From an uncultured Poribacteria bacterium (GTDB lineage: Bacteria; Poribacteria; WGA-4E; WGA-3G), in contig OX638351.1 in assembly GCA_951813565.1 (NCBI GenBank), positions 2,688,001 through 2,752,000 of the forward strand: a DNA stretch of 64,000 nt, in the 5' to 3' direction. Below the pieces are notes generated by a model. It was given only the letters and a program-made list of their open reading frames with translations. It was not told where the DNA came from and ran no database searches. The translations under genes were made by a program, and so were the position numbers. The number at the start of each line of letters is the position of its first letter. The first letter of the stretch is position 1. This document shows positions 9,365 to 19,471 of the stretch, piece by piece.

Positions 9365-11374
9365 TTATAACTCAGCTATCCTTCCTGCTATTTCCGCGTC
9401 TGACATAATTTCGTTTCTCACAAGCAGATGTTGTTCTGCCCCAATATTCTGATACACCTCTTCAATCCACGCGGTATTAAAAGCATCACCGGTGTTGTGG
9501 ATAATAAGATTTCGTGGTGCTACAAGTGTCCCCGCAGTACGGAAATCACCTACTTTGCGCAGACTTGGAATCGGTAAAGTTTTCAAATAAGCTTCATCGT
9601 TACCATTATCAAATTGTGCCGCATCCACGACGACGTTTTTGATATTCGTGAATCCCGCTGCAAGCAATGCCCATAAACCTGCTTCACCTATTCCGATTAA
9701 GCTGACTTCTGAAACATCACCTCTGGTTGAGAAATACAGCAACGTTGTCAAAATATCCTGCGCGCGTAATGCCGCAGTTGTGCGGTTGTAGGTGGTGAAA
9801 AAGTTTGTATTCTCCGACCTCTCATACTCACCATGTTCCCCTGTTCCAAACACATCAATAATGAGAACTTTACGATCAGAACTTACCAAATCAGTTATAA
9901 TTGGCAAAGGTTTACCCGTCTCCAAATCTATTAACTTTTCTTTCCCTTCAGGATGCACGATGACAACGACAGGGTCATGTCCTACAAGTGGTTCTGTCCG
10001 AAATAGAACGGCAGGAATAGCGTCTCCGATACCTTTTCTACCAATAACAACGTGCTGCGCAGAATAGTGTGTCTGATAGGTTGTTGGAAAAGCACCTTCT
10101 GGCTCAACAAGGGTTACCTCACTGCTGTTAGGTAAGTGCAATCCAAGTGAATGTTGCAAGGCACTACTCATCTCCTCCGTAAACTTCTGATGCTCAGCTT
10201 CATTTGTCGGTTTACGTTTTTCAATCGTATCTTGGGAATGTTTTACCCAAGCGGGCAGAATTTCGTCCTGTTTCAGTGCATGTGCAGGCATATCACGATC
10301 AGAAAAAACTAACAATGCTTCATCCGATTCGACCTCATAAGACACCTCTTTGAACGCAGACGTATCCGCTGCCCCCAAAAGCCATTTTGCAAACCATGCA
10401 TATACTGCCTCGCGGCTCTCCTTATTGTAGTTATGTTCAGCATCTACCTGAACCTGATGCACTTTGTCTGCTGCATCAAAGTGAGCATAGATGCTTCGGA
10501 TAGCGGGATATTCAACCGTTGGTGTTTTCACTGTCCAATCACCCGTGCATGAAACAAGCAGAAGTGGACGCGGTGCCATCAACGCCCCAATTTCAAGGTT
10601 GCTTGCTTCCAACCGCAAATTCGGTGCGTTTTCGCATAGACAACCGCCCTGCATCGTTGCAGAAATCATATTGACAGGCGCGGAAACCTTGATACGTTCG
10701 TCAACTGCTGTCAAAATAAAGGTTTGCGTTCCACCACCCGACGCACCTGTGCAACCGATGCGTTCTTTATCAACATCTGGTAGGTTTTGCAAGAAATCAA
10801 TGGCACGAATGCCGTTTTGAAGTTGGAGTCCCATCGCGCTCAAACCCCAAAGACCTTCTCGCGCACCACCAAAACGGTGTTCTATCTGTTTGCCACTATC
10901 ATTGTAGCCTATCATATCATAGGCAAAGATAACGTAACCCTGTTTAGCGAAATTGATACAACGGGCAGGAATCGAACCACGTTCTATATCTTCTAACCTG
11001 CCATGTTCCCAATGCCCATGAGGACTTACAATACCCGGAAACGGACCAGTTTTCCCTTTTGGACGGTAGAGATTTCCCGTAGTAAAGAAGCCGGGAAAAG
11101 GTTCAAAATGGACCTTTTCTACGGTGTAATCTTCATGTTCAATTTTTCCAAAGATTTGCGCGTTGAGTGGAGTCGGTTCTTGCGTTGGGAGCAAACCGTT
11201 TGCAACACGAATCTGTTGGCGTAATGCGGCAGCTTTTTCAGTCCATTCTGCTTTGGTGTAGTTTGGAAAAGTGTACGGTGTGTTGAGGTCGCGTGAAGCA
11301 GCACCCCGTGCATCGTTAACTGTTTGTGATGATTCAGTAAATACATGAGCAAGTTCGTGGTGTTGTTCAGCCAT
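9365..11374 (-). CDS. Two-domain alpha/beta hydrolase (acetyl xylan esterase-like)
   Basis: PHGH, GASGGG nucleophile elbow, APRPLL, HNY; degenerate second hydrolase domain. Confidence 0.8.
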   Translation of the reverse strand: MAEQHHELAHVFTESSQTVNDARGAASRDLNTPYTFPNYTKAEWTEKAAALRQQIRVANGLLPTQEPTPLNAQIFGKIEHEDYTVEKVHFEPFPGFFTTGNLYRPKGKTGPFPGIVSPHGHWEHGRLEDIERGSIPARCINFAKQGYVIFAYDMIGYNDSGKQIEHRFGGAREGLWGLSAMGLQLQNGIRAIDFLQNLPDVDKERIGCTGASGGGTQTFILTAVDERIKVSAPVNMISATMQGGCLCENAPNLRLEASNLEIGALMAPRPLLLVSCTGDWTVKTPTVEYPAIRSIYAHFDAADKVHQVQVDAEHNYNKESREAVYAWFAKWLLGAADTSAFKEVSYEVESDEALLVFSDRDMPAHALKQDEILPAWVKHSQDTIEKRKPTNEAEHQKFTEEMSSALQHSLGLHLPNSSEVTLVEPEGAFPTTYQTHYSAQHVVIGRKGIGDAIPAVLFRTEPLVGHDPVVVIVHPEGKEKLIDLETGKPLPIITDLVSSDRKVLIIDVFGTGEHGEYERSENTNFFTTYNRTTAALRAQDILTTLLYFSTRGDVSEVSLIGIGEAGLWALLAAGFTNIKNVVVDAAQFDNGNDEAYLKTLPIPSLRKVGDFRTAGTLVAPRNLIIHNTGDAFNTAWIEEVYQNIGAEQHLLVRNEIMSDAEIAGRIAEL

Positions 11375-12059
11375 TATTTATTGCCTCCAAGTGCTTCGCA
11401 ACGATAAACTTCAAAAGTCGGACGATATGTTCCGCATCCCATATTCCGTTGTATACTGGTGAAAATTCAAGTGTGAAGGTTGGTTTTTCGGTTTCAATGT
11501 CGCTGACGGCACCGCGAACGAACGCCCAGCTGTCATTGACGGTGTAACATCCAAAAATTTCTTGTTCTGTTACGGAATCAGGGTTGACGGCTGTTTCACT
11601 GCTTTTTTGCCAAGTGAGCCACGCAGCGGCGAGCATTTCCCCGTAGAGTTGGAATTGGGGTTCGGGTGCCTGAATGCCGCGTTTTGCCCCGTGTACGATA
11701 AGATAAGGTGGACGTATCTGCCCGCCGAGCGCGGGGGCGAGTGCACCATCTGCTTCACCTTCCAATTTAAACGTAGGGTAGATAGCTTTGAGCGGTACGC
11801 TGCTCCATGCTTGAATATGTTCCCGTTCTGCAAGCATCAACATTGGATAAATCGCGCGTGCCCAGAGCGTCGTCTCGTTCATGACGACCAGATGACGACG
11901 GTACAGGGTCGATTTGATATCTTCAAGCCGTCTGCACTCCTCTGCAGTGAGGGCTATTTGCATTTTCTCCCATTTTTCTGGAGAAATATACTTTTCGTTC
12001 AATGTTACAAGTGTCTTAAGTATTTCTTCTGTAAGTTGCGAGAATATATATGTGTCCAT
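11367..12059 (-). CDS. Hypothetical protein (possibly PD-(D/E)XK-like)
   Basis: 230-aa ORF overlapping the next gene start; G.ADG..K..QLYGEML pattern. Confidence 0.6.
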   Translation of the reverse strand: MDTYIFSQLTEEILKTLVTLNEKYISPEKWEKMQIALTAEECRRLEDIKSTLYRRHLVVMNETTLWARAIYPMLMLAEREHIQAWSSVPLKAIYPTFKLEGEADGALAPALGGQIRPPYLIVHGAKRGIQAPEPQFQLYGEMLAAAWLTWQKSSETAVNPDSVTEQEIFGCYTVNDSWAFVRGAVSDIETEKPTFTLEFSPVYNGIWDAEHIVRLLKFIVAKHLEAINNG

Positions 12060-12237
12060 CGTTCAAAACCTATATTGCATTAGTTTGTAGGTCAAGGAGA
12101 ACTTTGCGATATCCGCTAAATCATGCCGAATCCTGGGAATGCTACATTGCATTTTCTTTAATACGCGCACGCTGCGGATTTCGCTGTGCTCAACCCGACC
12201 TAAAAGCTGTTTATACTAAAAACAGTGTGAAAGCACA

Positions 12238-12795
12238 TCAGGGAACTACTTTTCCATCCTTATAGATTTTTCGGGAAACCTCTTGTCCGTTTTCGTCCCA
12301 TTCGATCCACAGACCTTCCTGTTCATTGTTTTTATAGGTGCCTTCCTGCTCTTTCTGACCATTGTCATGCCACAAGGTCGACAGACCCTCTCGCTTTCCG
12401 TTTTTTATGGTACCTTTCTTCCTAATTTGCCCATGGTCACTGTGCCACTCAATATAAATTCCGTTCACTTTACCATGTTGAACCTGAATAAGAATCGGAC
12501 CATCAAAAAGCTCTGTTTTTACCCACCCGGTATAAGGTTGTTCCTGATTAGGCGCATAACCTAACTCTTCTCCTGACGGTGATTTTCGAGTTTGTAGGTT
12601 ATCTGCGTCTATAGCTTCAGCGAGAATTTTCTCGCGAACTTTCGGATCATCCCAGTTCGGCTCCCCGCTGCAACCGACAAGTAACGTGAGTGCTAAACAA
12701 AAGGTTATGACCAATTTCATCACTTTCCATACACTATGCATATTTATCACAGACTCTGCGGTCTGCCTTTTTTCTATGATATATTGATTAACCAT
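12238..12795 (-). CDS. MORN-variant repeat (YwqK-like) lipoprotein
   Basis: Lipobox LVGC; repeats G...WHDNGQ...G.YKNG; RBS GGAGGAG before 12795 (alternative start 12720). Confidence 0.75.
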   Translation of the reverse strand: MVNQYIIEKRQTAESVINMHSVWKVMKLVITFCLALTLLVGCSGEPNWDDPKVREKILAEAIDADNLQTRKSPSGEELGYAPNQEQPYTGWVKTELFDGPILIQVQHGKVNGIYIEWHSDHGQIRKKGTIKNGKREGLSTLWHDNGQKEQEGTYKNNEQEGLWIEWDENGQEVSRKIYKDGKVVP

Positions 12796-12853
12796 TCTTC
12801 TCCTCCATGAGTAAGGGTATTGCCTGACACGGCAAGCAATACCCTCCAAGATT

Positions 12854-13516
12854 TTATGAATTTGAAGTTGTTTCCTCAGTCGAATCTGAGGTAACTTCCT
12901 CAGTTGATAAAGTCGTTTCAATCTTCCTGAGATTGGTTGCCATATCTACAAATAGATTGATTAACTCCGCTATGAAATAGTGGGTAATCAATAATATTGC
13001 CCCACTGAGAACAGACGTAACTAACGAGATCACTCCTATGATAAAACTGACATTCATCCATTGGTCGCTCAGGAAAAATGCCAGAATACCAGGAAATCCA
13101 GAACCGAAAATTGAAGACACTAATCCTTGAATACCTATTCCAACGAGTGAGAGGAATCCTACTTCGCCAAACAATCGAATTAGGATCACTGCAATTGGTA
13201 TCAAAGTGAGATGTGACTCCTCGCCAAGCGCGCGGATTTTATTGGCTCTGTTCCAAAACAACATGGTGAGGACTGCCCCAACAATAAGGTTGATGCAAAG
13301 CACCAAAATTGATCCAATTACGGCAAGTGTCTGAGGGCCTGTTCCCATAAAGTTTCTCGCAGCTATTGAACCAATCAAGATCATAATACCCCATACAATC
13401 GCACCAATCAAAGTAAGCAAGCCCAGAATCTTGAGAAGAATTGATACCCACTTCCGAAATTGGCTTCCGGATTCAAACGAAGCAATCCAATTTACAATAC
13501 TACGTAAAAAGTTCAT
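12854..13516 (-). CDS. Multi-pass membrane hypothetical protein
   Basis: 4-5 hydrophobic segments; RBS AGGGGG before ATG 13516. Confidence 0.7.
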   Translation of the reverse strand: MNFLRSIVNWIASFESGSQFRKWVSILLKILGLLTLIGAIVWGIMILIGSIAARNFMGTGPQTLAVIGSILVLCINLIVGAVLTMLFWNRANKIRALGEESHLTLIPIAVILIRLFGEVGFLSLVGIGIQGLVSSIFGSGFPGILAFFLSDQWMNVSFIIGVISLVTSVLSGAILLITHYFIAELINLFVDMATNLRKIETTLSTEEVTSDSTEETTSNS

Positions 13517-13580
13517 AAAGTACCCCCTAAAGATGTCAAGGTTTTGTGTGGAATAGTATATCAAATTTCAAGATTATTCT

Positions 13581-13779
13581 CAATTAATTTAGTTTTATGA
13601 ATTGCCAGTTGACAAGTATTACTGAAAGTTTATATCGTCCGTCGGGTAGAGCGTTTTCGAAACCCGATACGTTTAGTCATTGTCGGGTGTTGCAAGCTCT
13701 ACCCGACGGACAATGCTATTATAGAATATTAACATTTGTGATAAAATGTGCCCGAAAAACCGAAAGCTAAATAACCTTG
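13581..13779. mobile_element. MITE-like shell (CAGGG-end family) carrying a REP doublet
   Basis: Both arms are homologous in inverted orientation to 33054..33276; flanked by TATTCT direct repeat; internal GTCGGGTAGAGC/GCTCTACCCGAC doublet at 13636-13711. Confidence 0.6.
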
Positions 13780-13787
13780 TATTCTCA

Positions 13788-14333
13788 GGGTGTATAAATA
13801 TTTTGTCACCAGGACTTACGCAAAATGAGCAGAAAAAGGAAATATTGGACTTAAAAAGCCGTAATTTCGGTATTTTATCTCCCCATACGCTATCGCTATG
13901 GGGGCCCGCCCCCTAAATCCCCCTTATCAGAGGACTTTAAGAAAAGGTGCGTAAGTCCTGGTCACTTACTTATTCACGGATTACGCGGATTCTGTAGGAA
14001 CGACCTCGAATTAACGCCAAATGTGCTTGGCAGCATACGCGTATGGTATGCTGCATTCAGTGGGTCGCGACCTGGAGGTCGCTCCTACAAAAAGAAATCG
14101 GGCGGACAAAGCCCTCCAACAAGAGATAATCCAGCATTTTTTCTTAAGTTTACACCCGCAGCATGCCATACGGGAATGCCATAAGGCATTCATATCCGGT
14201 GAATGACTAAAGACGAATGCGCCAAATCAACGGTATGAATGCCCTTTGGCATTCCCCGGGACCCCGCCCTACAGTGGAAAACGCCGCGTAATCATTGCAA
14301 ATTGAACCTATGTAACCAAATATTTACACACCC
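13788..14333. mobile_element. Composite of GGGTGT(G/A)TAAA-ended MITE parts with nested elements
   Basis: Starts GGGTGTATAAATATTT, ends AAATATTTACACACCC; the 3' ~70 bp match the 16634..16728 element; no TSD found. Confidence 0.6.
13810..13960. mobile_element. MITE with CAGGACTTACGCA terminal inverted repeats
   Basis: 13-bp perfect TIR; 5-bp direct repeat GTCAC at 13805-13809 and 13961-13965. Confidence 0.85.
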
Positions 14334-14369
14334 CCATACCGTTTACGTATACGGTAAAAACGACAAATC

Positions 14370-16574
14370 CTAATTCATATAATGGTCGCAAGGTTCATCT
14401 AATTCGGCAAGGATTTTTGTTCCAACTTTAAGATACCTCGCATTAAGCATCACGAATTTGTATCCACGCAAAAACAGATATTCTCCTTCAAATTCAATAT
14501 TTTCGTCTGTCTCAGAAGTTGACATCGCTGCGAAACCATCATCAGAGATTAGATATGTATCAGTTACGCCATTAGATTGGACAGTGAAACCTGTAGCCAA
14601 TACATCTGGATCAGCATTGACAGAAACGGCATTAGTCGTGGGACGTTGTTCCATGTTGGGTTTCATTGGAAACAGAATTATATTCAAAACTACAGGCAAT
14701 TCACGCTGGAAGTGATAAGTAAGCCGATTACCATTCAACTTAACGTGAAGGTTAGTCGCATCAACTGCACCGATAAATATATTACTATGCCCAGGTTCTC
14801 GCGTCAATGCCTGCCCAATATCTGGCACAATATATGGCGTAGTAAATTGTTCACGGCATGTGTTAAGGTGAAAAACCTGTTCCAGCAGATGTTCTCCGAC
14901 ACCGAGAACGACATCATGCAAAACAAAGTATTCGCCTTTAACATGAAAAATGGATCGTTTATGCTGATAATCAGATGTTTTATACCATCCCTCCACGAAA
15001 TCAAATACATAAGTCGTTATCCATCGTGTATCAGGATCTGGCACAATTGCCGGTTCAGTCGGTTGTCTTTTTCTATCAATCAGAATCACGTTGTGTCTTT
15101 CGCTTACCGTGCGGGAAGAATCGCCATATCTATTTCCATGGTCGTGTGTAATCAGTTGTCGTCCATGTGCGTACAACACAAAGCTCAACTTATCTTCATA
15201 CCCCGGTTTTCCCAACGGACCGCTATCAAAAAGTAGATATTGTGCGTCAGATTCCCAACTATCTCTCATTACATAGTAGCCAGTATAGGGTAGCGCGTAG
15301 GATAATGTCTGCGGTTCACTATCTCTCTGATTAAAATTATTGATATTACACAGTTCAACAACATCTAAGTTATCAGGAACATTAGCACCGAAAGGTGGGA
15401 AAGACAGATCGGGTTGGCTAATATAGATACAGGCTTCTAACTGCTTCTCTAACAACGCTTTCATATCTTCAGCACACTCAAAATGGCAGGAGTGCTTGAC
15501 TCTGTCATAAGTATGCAAAAATCTGGCAAAATCTGTAATTGCTTCTGTTTGGGAATGCAGCGAGGTATCTTTGTGAAAACCATCTGGGTAGAAGAACGTA
15601 TCAACTATCCATTTGTAGCGACGAGATGCCAACTTGAGAAGTTGGTCACTACGCCGAAATTCTGGGAAGAGGAGTGCTGCAATACCGATTTGCGTAGTTG
15701 CAGAAATTGAGGGTGTTGGATAAATGGACAATTTCAGCAAACATTCAAGGGACACTTTGGCAGTACTAAAGGTATCTGTTCTCTCTAAGTGTGAAATATC
15801 CTTAAAATTCTTTGAGTACTCCTTGCGATAGATTGTATATTCGGACATTGCAGCCGCTATGTTACCCGCTAATACATTATATTTAACACCTTCCAACCCG
15901 CCAAACTCCAAGTTCAGATAATGGAAGAACGTCTTATCACTTAACGGAAACTTTAGCCTGTTATTAGCAGTAAAATTGCAGTTCAGAACCGTGTTATAGC
16001 ATTCAATTGCGGGATCCAGAATTGGAAGGTTTAGTTTATTGGCAAGGGTCAATGCTGCTTCAATTGGATGAATAACATGGGAATCGGCAGATTTTGGGAC
16101 AACTTCAGCGAGATTCGCAGCAATCCGTCCAAATCCTGCGAGGTGCCATAGTTCGGATTGTGGCAACATTGCACAAACGCTACCTGCTAATGCCAACGCA
16201 CTCCCCGCTGCCAATTTTTCACGTGCTGTAGGAGCTTCCGGATATGTATAGAGATACTCTACATGTTCTAAAAGTATTTGGGTAAACGTTTCCCATTCTG
16301 CTTTGTCAAGGGTTTCATGCGCTGCAATAGCAATCGCTTCAATTACACGTGCTGCTACCGATTCAAGTCGCCATGCGGGATGTTGTTCAGCAAATTCAAT
16401 TGGTGTGGGATTTGATTCCGCAAAGGTAAGGAGTTCTTCAAAATCGGCAATTGGCTCAAAGTGGTCAATTACCGGTAACTTTCGTTTTGCGAGTTCTGAT
16501 GCTAACAATTCAACATGTTTGGGTTGAACCGTCGTATATCCGCCTAACGGCATAAATACCACTCTTGATTTCAT
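14370..16574 (-). CDS. Heparinase II/III family protein
   Basis: PDGFH, GYYVMRDSW, LFDSGP, DKLSF.LYAHGR, HNVILID motifs. Confidence 0.8.
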   Translation of the reverse strand: MKSRVVFMPLGGYTTVQPKHVELLASELAKRKLPVIDHFEPIADFEELLTFAESNPTPIEFAEQHPAWRLESVAARVIEAIAIAAHETLDKAEWETFTQILLEHVEYLYTYPEAPTAREKLAAGSALALAGSVCAMLPQSELWHLAGFGRIAANLAEVVPKSADSHVIHPIEAALTLANKLNLPILDPAIECYNTVLNCNFTANNRLKFPLSDKTFFHYLNLEFGGLEGVKYNVLAGNIAAAMSEYTIYRKEYSKNFKDISHLERTDTFSTAKVSLECLLKLSIYPTPSISATTQIGIAALLFPEFRRSDQLLKLASRRYKWIVDTFFYPDGFHKDTSLHSQTEAITDFARFLHTYDRVKHSCHFECAEDMKALLEKQLEACIYISQPDLSFPPFGANVPDNLDVVELCNINNFNQRDSEPQTLSYALPYTGYYVMRDSWESDAQYLLFDSGPLGKPGYEDKLSFVLYAHGRQLITHDHGNRYGDSSRTVSERHNVILIDRKRQPTEPAIVPDPDTRWITTYVFDFVEGWYKTSDYQHKRSIFHVKGEYFVLHDVVLGVGEHLLEQVFHLNTCREQFTTPYIVPDIGQALTREPGHSNIFIGAVDATNLHVKLNGNRLTYHFQRELPVVLNIILFPMKPNMEQRPTTNAVSVNADPDVLATGFTVQSNGVTDTYLISDDGFAAMSTSETDENIEFEGEYLFLRGYKFVMLNARYLKVGTKILAELDEPCDHYMN

Positions 16575-16633
16575 TTATCGTATGTGGTATAATAACAGCA
16601 TTTATAAGTTTTGTCAAAGGTGCTTTAGGGAAT

Positions 16634-16728
16634 GGGTGTGTAAAGTTTTTGTAGAAATCCGCCCTACAGTGGAAAACGCCGCGTAATCATTGCAAATTGA
16701 ACCTATGTAACCAAATATTTACACACCC
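16634..16728. mobile_element. 95-bp MITE, GGGTGTGTAAA TIR family
   Basis: GGGTGTGTAAA/TTTACACACCC ends; 9-bp TSD TTAGGGAAT at 16625-16633 and 16729-16737. Confidence 0.9.
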
Positions 16729-16819
16729 TTAGGGAATTGCATTATCCTGACCGTTAGAATACTTAGCAAGCAAAGTAGTTTATACAACACATTGACATTT
16801 TTAGATGAGGAGTCCTTTT

Positions 16820-17191
16820 ATGGCATTTACATTTCATCATATACATCTCAGATGTGAAGACCTTGACGGTGCAATCGAATATTATGAAAAGATGTTTGAC
16901 GGAAAGGTTACCGATACCGTTGAAGTCAGAGGATTAAAAATTGTGCGAATGGAAATCGGTGGTGAACGAATCTTTCTCTCACCCAAATTTGGCGATATAG
17001 ATGTTGAACCGACGAGCGGCAATCCCCGATGGGGTGTCTATCAACTGGCTTTCACGGTAGAAGACCTTGACGCTGCCGTTGCCGAATTACAAGAAAAAGG
17101 CGCAGAACTTGAAGACCTAAAACCTTCCGGACTCATGATGGCATTTTTCAAGGGGCCAGATAACGTTCAGATTGAACTCATTGAGGCTTAG
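16820..17191 (+). CDS. VOC/glyoxalase family protein
   Basis: FHHIHL, LAFTVEDL, FFKGPDNVQIELIE; RBS GAGGAG. Confidence 0.9.
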   Translation: MAFTFHHIHLRCEDLDGAIEYYEKMFDGKVTDTVEVRGLKIVRMEIGGERIFLSPKFGDIDVEPTSGNPRWGVYQLAFTVEDLDAAVAELQEKGAELEDLKPSGLMMAFFKGPDNVQIELIEA

Positions 17192-17248
17192 GTAACTCTT
17201 GGTGGATAATGCACATCCTTGTTCCTAATTCCAACAGTGAGATCTCCT

Positions 17249-17929
17249 ATGAAATATAGCGAACTTTTCCATACAATTCAGGGAGAAGGGCAGCTCATAG
17301 GGGTTCCATCTGTTTTCTTTCGAACGAGTTACTGCAATCTCAGGTGTATTTGGTGCGACACACCATACACATCTTGGCAACCTGAAAACAGAAGTATTAC
17401 AGTTGCCGAAAGCGTTGCAGCAATTACACAATTCGGATGTAAGCATGTCGTCATCACTGGCGGTGAACCGTTCATTCAAACCAAGGAATTGATAGCCCTT
17501 TGTCGCGAGTTAGATCAACAAGGACACCATATCACAATTGAAACAAATGCAACGCTTTTCGCAGAAGTTGCTGCACACCTAATTTCGATGAGTCCAAAGT
17601 TGCACAATTCCAATCCCTCCTCAGATAATCGTTTTTATAAACGACACGAACGAGGACGGATCTGCCCCGATGTTATCCGTAAGTTTTTAGACACTTATCC
17701 GTGTCAAGTAAAGTTTGTCGTAGATACACCGGATGACCTTTCAGAAATTCAAACCTTGCAAGCAGATATTGGTATTCCGTCTGAAACAATCATGTTGATG
17801 CCTCAAGGCAAAAAGCCACAGGTGCTAAATCAGAAGCAGGAATGGTTAGTTGAACTTTGCAAAGAAAATGGGTATCGCTATTCACCGCGCGTGCATGTTG
17901 ATATCTGGGGTGAAAAACGTGGTGTATAG
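17249..17929 (+). CDS. queE: 7-carboxy-7-deazaguanine synthase (radical SAM)
   Basis: ELFHTIQGEG, CNLRCIWCDT, TGGEP, ETN, SPK, SPRVHVDIWG. Confidence 0.88.
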   Translation: MKYSELFHTIQGEGQLIGVPSVFFRTSYCNLRCIWCDTPYTSWQPENRSITVAESVAAITQFGCKHVVITGGEPFIQTKELIALCRELDQQGHHITIETNATLFAEVAAHLISMSPKLHNSNPSSDNRFYKRHERGRICPDVIRKFLDTYPCQVKFVVDTPDDLSEIQTLQADIGIPSETIMLMPQGKKPQVLNQKQEWLVELCKENGYRYSPRVHVDIWGEKRGV

Positions 17930-17932
17930 CAC

Positions 17933-19051
17933 ATGAAATATGATATTCTACTTAAGAGCGGAACTGTCATTGACCCTGCACAAGGATTGAATGCGTTTCG
18001 TGATGTTGCGATTAAAGATGGAATTATTACCGCAATTGACCAAGATATTCCAAAAACCGAGGCTAAACAGACTATCTCTGTCAAAAATCGATACATTACA
18101 CCAGGGTTAATTGACATCCATACGCATGTATATTATGGTGTCACAACGTGGGGTATCAAAGCAGACAACGTATGTTCCACTTCAGGCACAACAACTTTTG
18201 TTGATGCTGGTAGTGCCAGTTGGGCAACCTTCCCAGGCTTCCGTGAATTCATCGCGGAACCTGCGCAAACGAACATATTAAACTACATCCACATTTCTGG
18301 TATTGGGCTTGTCTACGGTCCTGTCGGAGAGATGCATGACCTCGCCTATGCCGATCCAGATCGCGTTGCTGATACGTTAAAAGCTAATCGGGACATCACC
18401 GTCGGTGTGAAAGTGCGACAAGGCAAAATGCAGGTAGGTGATAACGGCGTAGAACCACTAAAACTTGCTATCCAAGCAGCCGAGCAGGCTGGAACGCCTA
18501 TGATGTGTCACATCGGTCAAGGTGTTCCGCTTCCAGATGTTTTAGAATTGATGCGACCGGGTGATGTAATTACGCACTGCTTTCAAGGAAATGGCGATAA
18601 CATCGTTGACGAAAAAGGCAAGGTAATTCCAGAAGCCTGGCAGGCACAGCAGGATGGTGTGATCTTTGATGTTGGACACGGTGCAGGAAGTTTCCATTAT
18701 GAAATCGCACAACGTGCTATGGAACAGGGTTTTATTTCTGATGTTATCAGCACCGACCTACATACGGGCAATATCAATGGCCCCGTTTATGACTTGCCAT
18801 CGACATTATCAAAACTGATGCATCTTGGACTTTCATTTGAGGAAGTGATTGAAAAAGCAACCTTCAATGCTGCCAAAGCCATCAAACGCGAAAAACAACT
18901 CGGCAATCTGAAAATTGGGACAATAGCGGATGTTGCTGTTTTGGAACAGATTGATGGCGAATTTGAATTCTATGATGCACACGACACAAAATTTACCGGC
19001 ACTCAGAAAATCAATGCCGTTTTAACGATTCGTGAAGGAAAAATTCTATAG
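17933..19051 (+). CDS. Amidohydrolase/deacetylase family metallohydrolase (dihydroorotase-like)
   Basis: PGLIDIHTH, VDAGS, THC, DVGHG, ISTDLH. Confidence 0.85.
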   Translation: MKYDILLKSGTVIDPAQGLNAFRDVAIKDGIITAIDQDIPKTEAKQTISVKNRYITPGLIDIHTHVYYGVTTWGIKADNVCSTSGTTTFVDAGSASWATFPGFREFIAEPAQTNILNYIHISGIGLVYGPVGEMHDLAYADPDRVADTLKANRDITVGVKVRQGKMQVGDNGVEPLKLAIQAAEQAGTPMMCHIGQGVPLPDVLELMRPGDVITHCFQGNGDNIVDEKGKVIPEAWQAQQDGVIFDVGHGAGSFHYEIAQRAMEQGFISDVISTDLHTGNINGPVYDLPSTLSKLMHLGLSFEEVIEKATFNAAKAIKREKQLGNLKIGTIADVAVLEQIDGEFEFYDAHDTKFTGTQKINAVLTIREGKIL

Positions 19052-19462
19052 ATGTCACTCATAGCACAGAAGATTAGCGGTTGTTACCGACGTGTTCTTA
19101 TTTTTTTCTTTGTAATTCTCATTGCAGGTATAGGTATCGGATTATTTGTTTACAACCGAGTCGGAGGTGCTGAAGGCATGCGGTACTGGATGGCAATACG
19201 CGCCTTAAACGGCACTGAAAAACTTCTCATAGCAAACCGCCCAGACGGTGTGCCACAAGAAACAGTAGAGGAACAATTTGACAATGTTCGTGATGCTATT
19301 CACAATCGGCAAATTGACCTAAAACCTCTTTATGAGTTACTCAATTCATATCAAACAAAATTTCACAACCCTGGATTATCAACAGAAAAAATTAAGCCGT
19401 CAACCCCTGAAGTAGAGGCGTTTCTGACAGAACTTAGAAAGACAATTTTCCTTGATGAGTAG
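19052..19462 (+). CDS. Membrane-anchored hypothetical protein
   Basis: N-terminal TM helix; start abuts the upstream stop codon. Confidence 0.65.
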   Translation: MSLIAQKISGCYRRVLIFFFVILIAGIGIGLFVYNRVGGAEGMRYWMAIRALNGTEKLLIANRPDGVPQETVEEQFDNVRDAIHNRQIDLKPLYELLNSYQTKFHNPGLSTEKIKPSTPEVEAFLTELRKTIFLDE

Positions 19463-19471
19463 GTTTCCATT

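Noticed and set aside
14577..15236. 219-aa plus-strand ORF and other antisense ORFs (e.g. 44545-45135, 11562-12083)
   Set aside because: Shadow frames of well-supported opposite-strand genes with no recognisable motifs
17249..17929. Dpd or Qat 7-deazaguanine defence system
   Set aside because: No dpdA, queC-like or TatD/ATPase partners nearby
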